Source of the DNA: Candidatus Bathyarchaeia archaeon
GTDB lineage: Archaea > Thermoproteota > Bathyarchaeia > 40CM-2-53-6
Reading direction: 5' to 3'
Length of the DNA: 32,000 nt
Assembly: GCA_049513715.1 (NCBI GenBank)
Contig: JBEKVV010000002.1
Location: 165,548-197,547, forward strand
This document shows positions 25,128-31,639 of this stretch, one piece after another. How positions within the stretch are numbered: the stretch's first letter is position 1; every line of letters begins with the position of its first letter. The position numbers and the translations under genes were made by a program. The notes under the pieces are model-generated. The model saw nothing but the letters and a program-made list of their open reading frames with translations, had not been told where the DNA came from and ran no database searches.

Positions 25128-25759
25128 GCAAGACTATGCTTCTGATCGCAGGCCACGGCGGACAGGGAGTGATGTTGCTTGGCGACTACATCGCATACGC
25201 CGCCATGCTCGAAGGAAAACACGTAGCATACACGCCATCATACGGCCCCGAAACGAGAGGGGGCAAAGCAAAGTGCTACGTCATAATCTCTGAAGAGGAA
25301 GTGGACAACCCAATAGCCGAGGAACCAGACATCGAACTCATCATGAACGAACCATCCATGGACTTCCTGAACTACCTTCGCAAGGACGGGATGATCGTAT
25401 ACAACACTTCCCTGGTAAGCACAGGTGTTGACCGAGATGACGTCAAGAAACTGGGTATTCCAGTCACAGAGATCGCTGAGGCCCTTAAGAAGGAATTGCC
25501 CTCTGAGGAGGTTCATGATACGAAGATGTTCGCTAACTCGGTGATGTTCGGTGCATTCATGGAGCTCTGCGCCCCCCAAATCAGCGACGACCGAATCAAG
25601 GAATCCCTCAAACACTTCCTAGCAGGCAAAAAAGAGAGCTTGCTTCCAATTAACCACTTAGCGATCATGAAAGGAAAGGAGTACGTTCGCGCACACCCAG
25701 TACCTGAAGTGAAGTCTGAGTGGCCGTTTCACTGCGTTCCTAGCTGGGCAGCGCAGTAG
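25124..25759 (+). CDS. 2-oxoacid:ferredoxin oxidoreductase gamma subunit
   Basis: IAGHGGQGVMLLGDYIAYAAMLEGKHVAYTPSYGPETRGGKA is the typical gamma-subunit motif. ATGA overlap with beta. Confidence 0.9.
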   Translation: MSKTMLLIAGHGGQGVMLLGDYIAYAAMLEGKHVAYTPSYGPETRGGKAKCYVIISEEEVDNPIAEEPDIELIMNEPSMDFLNYLRKDGMIVYNTSLVSTGVDRDDVKKLGIPVTEIAEALKKELPSEEVHDTKMFANSVMFGAFMELCAPQISDDRIKESLKHFLAGKKESLLPINHLAIMKGKEYVRAHPVPEVKSEWPFHCVPSWAAQ

Positions 25760-25768
25760 TAAATTGAT

Positions 25769-26269
25769 TCAACCGCACCAGTAGTGCAGAACGCCCAGTC
25801 TGTTCCCTACAACTTCATCATCCTTCTTGTCGATGCAATCGGGGCACAAGTAACTATGGCCGGTTCTTGCGAGGCCAAGGTCTTCATCGTGTTTGCTGGT
25901 CCAAAACAGTTTGCCGCACCGAATGCACTCATGCCTGGTCGTTTCAATTTTCGTTCCTAGCTCGCATGCTTTTCTCTCTGCAATCTGCTCTGCGAGAGCT
26001 CGATTGACGCCTAGAGCTAGGCATTGCTTTGGTTCATCTGAAGGGAATCCCATGTCACTGATGAGAACAGTGTCGTCCTGGTTCAGCCAGACGTCAAATC
26101 GCCCGTGCAGCTCACAACGCCCGTCCTCATTCCGCGCCGAAGAGCCATTCAGCCCAAGTATGCAACAGCCTCCAAGGACACTGCATCCTCCGCCCTGAAC
26201 GAAATTAAGGCACATTGCATGCATCTTCTCCGAACTGGGCCTTCGGCTTTGGAATCTTGGTCTGCTCAT
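25769..26269 (-). CDS. hypothetical Cys-rich protein with C-terminal zinc ribbon
   Basis: It fills the gap between the OFOR gamma gene and the aminotransferase. The C-terminal part reads CIRCG...(24 aa)...CPDC, and the N-terminal part is Cys/Gly-rich (MCLNFVQGGGCSVLGGCC). The start is uncertain (26269, 26224 or 26215). Coding status is not proven. Confidence 0.4.
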   Translation of the reverse strand: MSRPRFQSRRPSSEKMHAMCLNFVQGGGCSVLGGCCILGLNGSSARNEDGRCELHGRFDVWLNQDDTVLISDMGFPSDEPKQCLALGVNRALAEQIAERKACELGTKIETTRHECIRCGKLFWTSKHDEDLGLARTGHSYLCPDCIDKKDDEVVGNRLGVLHYWCG

Positions 26270-26404
26270 TGCTACAAAGGTTTCGCGGTGGATTACTCAC
26301 CCTGGATGATAGGCAGGTTGCGCTATGTACTACGAAACTCGGCTCGGTATTACGTTATGTGCGAGGGCATGGCCCGTCACAAAATGGTATTTACACTAAA
26401 TTGG

Positions 26405-26414
26405 AAATATTATA
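26405..26414 (+). promoter_or_regulatory. TATA-box-like element upstream of the aminotransferase
   Basis: AAATATTATA lies 39-48 nt upstream of the proposed TTG start at 26453. Confidence 0.35.
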
Positions 26415-26452
26415 GCCGTTGCAATGGAATCGGGCCTCAGGAAGCAGGAAAG

Positions 26453-27676
26453 TTGGTAACGCTATCTGACCGTGTTACCTCGCTCCATATCTCACCCATC
26501 CGCAAGGTCGCAGCCCTCGTCGCAGAAGCAACAACAAGAAAGGAACTGATCTCCTTCGGAGGCGGCGCACCTAGTCTACCACCACCAAAGGAGGTTTCCG
26601 AAGAAATCGCAAAACGAATGACACAAGATCCGCAAGGGACCTGCGTGTACACGGGAACCCGAGGCTACTTGAAGCTGAGAAAACTCGTCGCAGACGACTG
26701 GGTTAAGCATCAGGGTGAAGTGTACGACCCGGAGAAAGAGGTGATCATGACGGATGGTGCAACTGAAGGGATCTTCAGCGCCTTCATGTCGATCTTCAAT
26801 AAGAACGACGAAATCATCGTGACAGACCCCACATACCTCGGCTACATTGAAGCCGCTCAACTGGCCGGGGCTAGAGTGACCAAGTTCTCGGTTGACGTAG
26901 CGGACGGTTACCAGCCAAACCTCGAAGCCCTAAAGTCCCTCATAACCAGGCGAACAAAAGCCATAATCCTACTCAGCCCCGACAACCCCACAGGAAGGAT
27001 AGTGCATTCGGATTTCGCGAAAGGCCTAATTGACCTCGCCGTCGACCATGAGTTCTGGATTGTCAACGATGCCACTTACCGTGACATAATTTACGGCAGT
27101 GACATTCAACCCAAGATTACGTCTCTGCCTGCGGCCCATGAGAGAGTAATATCGGTGGGAAGTTTTTCGAAGGAAGCCTCCGTTCCCGGATTGAGATTAG
27201 GTTACGCTCTTGGGCCTGCGGAGGTTGTTGATGGTATGGAGAAGGTGAAACAGTACACGAGCCTAGCTCCTAACACAATCGCCCAACATGCAATGGTAAG
27301 GTTCCTGTCTGGAGGGGTCAAGGAAAGCTACTTGCGCGACTTCGTCATACCAACTTACCAGAAGCGCAGGGACTTCATGGAGAAAGCCATCAAGGAATAC
27401 CTGCCCGAGGCCAAGACAGTAAGGCCTGATGGGGCCTTCTACTTCTTTCTCGATGTCAAGCGATACTTGGCTGTTATGAACCGGGACGAACAGGAGTTCT
27501 GCAATCGCCTATTATATCATAAAGGCGTGATCGCCGTGCCGGGGTCGTATTTCGGGGAGAAAGGGGCGGGCCATGTGAGGCTTACATTCGTGAGCGAACC
27601 TGAACAACGAATTCAGCAGGGAATGAGACGGATGGGAGAGTACGTGTTTTCGTTTGCTTTCACCATGGCTGCCTAG
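26453..27676 (+). CDS. class I/II pyridoxal-phosphate-dependent aminotransferase (AspC-like)
   Basis: LSDRVTSLHISPIRKV at the N-terminus, DPTY, NPTG and the PLP-lysine motif SFSKEASVPGLRLGY. A TTG at 26453 is preceded by GCAGGAAAG and a TATA-like AAATATTATA. The ORF-track start at 26105 adds about 115 aa that do not look like an aminotransferase. Confidence 0.85.
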   Translation: MVTLSDRVTSLHISPIRKVAALVAEATTRKELISFGGGAPSLPPPKEVSEEIAKRMTQDPQGTCVYTGTRGYLKLRKLVADDWVKHQGEVYDPEKEVIMTDGATEGIFSAFMSIFNKNDEIIVTDPTYLGYIEAAQLAGARVTKFSVDVADGYQPNLEALKSLITRRTKAIILLSPDNPTGRIVHSDFAKGLIDLAVDHEFWIVNDATYRDIIYGSDIQPKITSLPAAHERVISVGSFSKEASVPGLRLGYALGPAEVVDGMEKVKQYTSLAPNTIAQHAMVRFLSGGVKESYLRDFVIPTYQKRRDFMEKAIKEYLPEAKTVRPDGAFYFFLDVKRYLAVMNRDEQEFCNRLLYHKGVIAVPGSYFGEKGAGHVRLTFVSEPEQRIQQGMRRMGEYVFSFAFTMAA

Positions 27677-27728
27677 CCTGAATAAGAGTAAAGCCGTCTA
27701 AACTGCACTATATGGTACATAGTTACAT

Positions 27729-27761
27729 GTATAGAGAAAAAAACGTAAAAAATCTCTATAC
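27729..27761. promoter_or_regulatory. perfect 9-bp inverted repeat GTATAGAGA-N15-TCTCTATAC upstream of AbrB-PhoU paralogue 2
   Basis: Read directly from the sequence. The spacer is the mirror-symmetric AAAAAACGTAAAAAA. The repeat lies 85-117 nt upstream of the TTG start at 27846, in an AT-rich 169-nt intergenic region. Confidence 0.5.
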
Positions 27762-27845
27762 GAAAAGTATGTTAGTTTAGACTCTGGGAAACAGTACGGA
27801 AGTCTATATTCTAGTCGTTACCTTATATTCGATTCGTGCACGTGG

Positions 27846-28910
27846 TTGGAAGCTAGAAAAGTTCAGAGGGTTGGATACTCAACCCTGACCGTGTCCCTGC
27901 CAAGGGATTGGGTCGAGGATGTTAAACTGAAAGCCGGCGACATTGTCTCAATCAAACGGGAAGATGACGGGACCCTAAAACTGATCCCAGGAACGGAGCA
28001 TAAGCGGGACGAGGTCAAGAACTGCATCGTCAATGCGGACATGTGTAACTCCGATCACCTTCTCACCCGAGTCATAACCGCCAATTACATTCTCGGGCAC
28101 GACACAATTCAAGTCCTCGCCAAGGACGAATTGAAGAAACATCATCTGGAAGAAGTGCGAACGACGACGCAACGTTTGACGGGGTTAAGCATTGTCGAGC
28201 AAACCCTCAAATCGGTGACCCTTCAGAGTTTTGTTGACCCGACTCGTTTTCCGATTTATGGACTCATGCGCCGCCTACACATTATCATCACATCCATGCT
28301 AGATGCGTCAATGAAGGCATTACTTGAGAGGCGTCCTGAACTTGCCGGCGAAGTCGCTCATATGGAGGAGGAGTCTGATAGGATTTATTGGTTGATTGTT
28401 CGGCAGCTACTTCTCGCAATACGCGACCGCAGCGTAGGATCTAAGATTGGCATCGAATCGCCAATCCACATACCCGGTAACAGGGTCGTGGCGAAGACGC
28501 TGGAGGAGATGGCGGATTCAGCCGAGAGCATTGCTAACGAGGTCTTGGTACTGAAGGACAAGGAAATTGTGAGCGAGGCCATTATACATGATGTTACAAG
28601 GTTCTGTGCGCAGGTCGTCAAGATTTCTGAACAGAGCATGAAAGCGCTACTAACCTCGGACATTATTCTTTCGAACGAGGCTGTTGAGTTGGTGGAGACT
28701 GCGGAGAACGATGAAAGGAAACTCACGCAGAAGATTCTCACTTTGAAGGATGTTGGCGTGGCCACCAGCTTACGAATAATAGTCTGGAACCTCGGCCAGA
28801 TCAGCAAGTACTGCAGAATAATCGGTGAGATCACTATAAACAGGATAATGGAGAGGCCCTCACAAATCTGCGAATACCTCCCAATCCCAGAAGGCAGAGC
28901 AGCAAGCTAG
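27846..28910 (+). CDS. AbrB/SpoVT-domain + PhoU-domain regulator (paralogue 2)
   Basis: MEARKVQRVGYSTLTVSLPRDWVEDVKLKAGDIV plus PhoU-like repeats (ESDRIYWLIVRQ, VWNLGQISKYCRIIGEI). It is collinear with the 17632-18726 protein, roughly 40% identical by eye. TTG start. Confidence 0.8.
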   Translation: MEARKVQRVGYSTLTVSLPRDWVEDVKLKAGDIVSIKREDDGTLKLIPGTEHKRDEVKNCIVNADMCNSDHLLTRVITANYILGHDTIQVLAKDELKKHHLEEVRTTTQRLTGLSIVEQTLKSVTLQSFVDPTRFPIYGLMRRLHIIITSMLDASMKALLERRPELAGEVAHMEEESDRIYWLIVRQLLLAIRDRSVGSKIGIESPIHIPGNRVVAKTLEEMADSAESIANEVLVLKDKEIVSEAIIHDVTRFCAQVVKISEQSMKALLTSDIILSNEAVELVETAENDERKLTQKILTLKDVGVATSLRIIVWNLGQISKYCRIIGEITINRIMERPSQICEYLPIPEGRAAS

Positions 28911-28951
28911 CCACGTACAGACGCGCCTAACAGAGAAGTAAGAGCCTACTA

Positions 28952-29371
28952 CTACTCGCGTGGCAGAATTTTACCAATCATGATGAGGTCTGCGTGGACC
29001 TCGTAGCCAACCGCCTTGAAGAACTCGATTGACTTAGTGTTCGACTTGTAGATCTGCGCATTCACTTTCTTTGCTCCTTTCTTCTTCAGCCGTATCTCCA
29101 GTTCTGCAATCAGGAGCTTGCCGATTCCTTTTCGTTGATGTTCGGGTTTTACGGCTAGGTGGTTGATCCAGCCGCGGCGGCCGTCCCAAGCACCCATAAC
29201 AACTCCTATGATCTCCTCATGATCTGTCGCCACAATGAATAAGTCAGGGTCGCGCCGAAGTTTCAGCTCGACTCCTTCTAGTTCGTCGCCGGGCCTGATG
29301 ATTAGCCCAGCATTTTTCCACAGTCGGGTCACCCTCTCGTGGTCACTGATCTTGAATTCTCGGATACGCAT
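28952..29371 (-). CDS. GNAT-family N-acetyltransferase
   Basis: The acetyl-CoA-binding motif is LAVKPEHQRKGIGKLL (Q/RxxGxG/A). The size of about 140 aa is typical. Confidence 0.85.
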   Translation of the reverse strand: MRIREFKISDHERVTRLWKNAGLIIRPGDELEGVELKLRRDPDLFIVATDHEEIIGVVMGAWDGRRGWINHLAVKPEHQRKGIGKLLIAELEIRLKKKGAKKVNAQIYKSNTKSIEFFKAVGYEVHADLIMIGKILPRE

Positions 29372-29529
29372 TGCAGGAACGCCCTTTGTTACGGCATAAG
29401 GGAAAAGCAGAAAGATGGACGTTTCGGCACAGATTCTCGAAGAGGGGTTTGGAGCTTCCTAGAGCGCCCCGGTCAAAGAGGCGTGAATGTTGGCGCCGCC
29501 GGCAGGGTTCGAACCTGCGACCAACGGGT

Positions 29530-29553
29530 CACTGTGTTCTGGCAGCTTAACAG
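29530..29553 (-). other. tRNA-Phe intron 3 (24 nt, canonical 37/38 position)
   Basis: CUGUUAAGCUGCCAGAACACAGUG. C32-U33-G34 can pair with the intron's CAG, and the intron forms a UGUU/AACA helix. This gives an approximate bulge-helix-bulge with both junctions in bulges. Confidence 0.75.
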
Positions 29554-29560
29554 CTTCAGC

Positions 29561-29580
29561 CCCCACTGGCTTGGTAGGGT
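29561..29580 (-). other. tRNA-Phe intron 2 (20 nt, inside the 5' strand of the anticodon stem, 28/29-30/31)
   Basis: ACCCUACCAAGCCAGUGGGG. It contains the internal hairpin CCCUAC / GUGGGG (6 bp including one G-U). The boundary is ambiguous within a G-run. Confidence 0.7.
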
Positions 29581-29601
29581 CCGCTGCTCTAACCACTGAG
29601 C

Positions 29602-29622
29602 TGGCGTCTACGCGGTTGCGTA
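29602..29622 (-). other. tRNA-Phe intron 1 (21 nt, between positions 9/10 or 8/9)
   Basis: UACGCAACCGCGUAGACGCCA separates the acceptor/U8A9 from the D stem. It contains the internal hairpin UACGC-AACC-GCGUA. The boundary is ambiguous by 1 nt. Confidence 0.7.
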
Positions 29623-29673
29623 TACGGCGGCTCGTGCCTTTCGGCGGCGTTCGAGCCATTTCCCTTTCAGCGC

Positions 29674-29682
29674 TTTATTAAT
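29674..29682 (-). promoter_or_regulatory. TATA-box-like element upstream of tRNA-Phe
   Basis: The minus strand reads ATTAATAAA, 43-51 nt upstream of tRNA position 1. Confidence 0.35.
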
Positions 29683-29714
29683 GATTGGTCAACTTCCCGA
29701 ATCAAACATTCCGT

Positions 29715-29924
29715 TCATTCCTTCTTTTGGGCAGCTCCACAGAAAGCACACTTGCGAACGCCCTCGGGAATCAGCGAACTGCATGACTTGCAATTTACAA
29801 GCTTCTCAAGCTCAATAAATGGCTCCGCTGAGCTCAACTGTCTGCTCCTCCTGAGCCAGAGAGACAGAAGGATTAGAACCAGCACAGCGGCAGCCGCAGT
29901 GACTGCAACAATCGTCTCGTCCAT
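29715..29924 (-). CDS. small single-pass membrane protein with C-terminal zinc ribbon
   Basis: MDETIVAVTAAAAVLVLILLSLWLRR (one TM) followed by CKSC...CAFC. I start it at the internal ATG (29924), because the longer ORF (to 30035) would overlap the moeA start. Confidence 0.4.
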   Translation of the reverse strand: MDETIVAVTAAAAVLVLILLSLWLRRSRQLSSAEPFIELEKLVNCKSCSSLIPEGVRKCAFCGAAQKKE

Positions 29925-30005
29925 GAAGGCCACCAGTGAAGGTTGAATTGTAGGTCTACATATCTCTTGCAAACGCAAGAACGAAGCAGGCCTGAGTGGA
30001 AACTG

Positions 30006-31271
30006 ATGGGTCATCTTGAAACCGAGGGCTTCCAAAGGGTAAGCACCGTCGACGAGGGACTCCGAGTCTTCCTTGATGCAGTGGGCAACCCAAGAATTAG
30101 GGTCGAGACTGTTGCACTGGCTCGAGCTATTGGGCGGGTTCTGGGTGAAGATGTTATCTCAGACCGGTATCTGCCTGGAGTCGATCGCTCAGTTGTCGAC
30201 GGATACGCGGTGCGTTCAGCGGACCTTCAAAACACTTCGAAGGAAAAACCCGCTACACTGAAGGTAGTCGGTGAAAGCCGACTCGGCAAGCCATGCAAAC
30301 TCGCCTTGATTTCGGGAGAGGCTGTAGCGATGGCTACGGGCAGCATGATGCCATCTGGGGCCGACTCAGTTGTCATGGTCGAAGAAACCACTGCCTTGCC
30401 AGATCACCGAATAAAAGTTCGGGCTTCCGCATTGCCAGGTCAGCATATTTCCCGGAAAGGCGAAGACGCCGAACCAGGAAAGCAAATCCTACGGAAAGGT
30501 AGGCGCCTTCGGCCACAGGACATCGGCATCATGAAGGCTTTAGGCCACACAAAATCGCGGGTTGCGAAGAAACCGAGAATCGGCATCATCTCGACCGGTG
30601 ATGAGCTGGTAGACTCCCCTGCCAGGTTGAGACTGGGAAAGATAGTGGATCTGAATCGTCCCATCCTTTCAGGCCTCGCTGAAGAATTGGGGGCTGTGCC
30701 AGTTGACATAGGAATTGCAAAGGACAACGAAGGAGAAATCATGAATGCTCTTCGGAGGGCGTTGAAGGTTTCTGATGCGGTCTTGATCAGCGCTGGGTCG
30801 TCGGTAGGGAAGAGGGATTTGATCCCGAAATGCATCAATCAGCTCGGAAAGCCGGGAATCCTCATCCACGGGGTGGCAATGCGTCCAGCTCTGCCAACAG
30901 GCCTTGCAGTAGTCAAAGGCAAGCCCGTAGTATCGCTGCCAGGCTTCCCAGTGTCAGCAATGATCGCCTTCCGCGCCTTCTGCCGACCACTAATCGAACG
31001 GCTCTCTGGAGGTCAAATGCAGAATGAGCTCACTGTCAAAGCCGTACTGAAAGGTTCGATTAACGGAATCCAGGGCAACAGAACCTACGTCAGGGTCTCG
31101 CTCAGTCATTCACCGGACGGGCTACTGGCAGAGCCATTGAAGATCCAACGCTCTTCAGCGTTAATGAGTATGGTCGACGCGAACGGAATCGTCACAATCC
31201 CAGAAGGCGTTGCCTCAGTTGAGGCAGGGCAGGTGGTTGATGTGGCAGTAATTGGGGAAATACAAATGTAG
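30006..31271 (+). CDS. moeA: molybdopterin molybdenumtransferase MoeA
   Basis: VDGYAV, ISTGDELV and SAGSSVGKRDL, with the four-domain length typical of MoeA. The ATG at 30006 (MGHLETEGFQRVSTVDEGL) is preferred over the ORF-track start at 29943. Confidence 0.88.
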   Translation: MGHLETEGFQRVSTVDEGLRVFLDAVGNPRIRVETVALARAIGRVLGEDVISDRYLPGVDRSVVDGYAVRSADLQNTSKEKPATLKVVGESRLGKPCKLALISGEAVAMATGSMMPSGADSVVMVEETTALPDHRIKVRASALPGQHISRKGEDAEPGKQILRKGRRLRPQDIGIMKALGHTKSRVAKKPRIGIISTGDELVDSPARLRLGKIVDLNRPILSGLAEELGAVPVDIGIAKDNEGEIMNALRRALKVSDAVLISAGSSVGKRDLIPKCINQLGKPGILIHGVAMRPALPTGLAVVKGKPVVSLPGFPVSAMIAFRAFCRPLIERLSGGQMQNELTVKAVLKGSINGIQGNRTYVRVSLSHSPDGLLAEPLKIQRSSALMSMVDANGIVTIPEGVASVEAGQVVDVAVIGEIQM

Positions 31272-31280
31272 AAAAGCAGA

Positions 31281-31586
31281 TTACTTCTCATGCTCACTTT
31301 TCTGGCTTCGAACCTTCCTCACTTCGTTAGCCAGCGCTCGTAGGAGTTGAGTCTTTGTCTTTCCTTTCGGAAGAATGAGGTAGCCGCCTCTTTCCCACCA
31401 CGTGCGCGGCCGTGACTTCGCCGGCACCACTTCAGCTTCTAGGGATAGCCTTTTCGCGGCTTCATTCATCTCATCAAGTCGAGGGGTTTGCACCGACGAA
31501 CTCTTAGTGAGTTTGCGGCCTTCTTTTCGTGATTTCGTAGAATCGAAATTCGCGGGCCAAATGACGCGCTTTCCATGAAGCTTCAA
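31281..31586 (-). CDS. srp19: signal recognition particle protein SRP19
   Basis: VIWPANFDSTKSRKEGRKL...SRPRTWWERGGYLIL matches the SRP19 pattern (iwPayfD..sr.eGRr ... yPr.ww..G). About 100 aa. Confidence 0.85.
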   Translation of the reverse strand: MKLHGKRVIWPANFDSTKSRKEGRKLTKSSSVQTPRLDEMNEAAKRLSLEAEVVPAKSRPRTWWERGGYLILPKGKTKTQLLRALANEVRKVRSQKSEHEK

Positions 31587-31639
31587 TTCACAATTCCCTC
31601 TCCGCTGGGTACGCTCCTAGCGGACACCCGTGCAGCGCG

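Larger units (their letters stand above)
29491..29631 (-). tRNA. tRNA-Phe (anticodon GAA) gene interrupted by three introns; CCA encoded
   Basis: Minus-strand read: acceptor GCCGCCG/CGGCGGC (7/7 bp), U8A9, D arm GCUC-AGUGGUUA-GAGC, anticodon arm GCGGG-CUGAAGA-CCCGU, variable UGGUC, T arm GCAGG-UUCGAAC-CCUGC, G73, CCA. This 76-nt molecule appears only after removing the 21-, 20- and 24-nt inserts. Confidence 0.85.

Noticed and set aside
26105-26452. Long N-terminal extension of the aminotransferase ORF (track start at 26105).
   Set aside because: Aminotransferase-like sequence only begins at ...LSDRVTSLHISPIRK. The extension overlaps the minus-strand Cys-rich ORF and contains a TATA-like AAATATTATA at 26405-26414. 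A TTG at 26453 with an upstream GGAAAG gives a typical N-terminus.
29925-30035. Longer versions of the small TM/zinc-ribbon ORF (to 30035) and of moeA (from 29943), which would overlap each other divergently.
   Set aside because: The extensions have no hydrophobic or MoeA-like character. The internal ATGs at 29924 and 30006 give clean N-termini and leave an 81-nt divergent promoter region.
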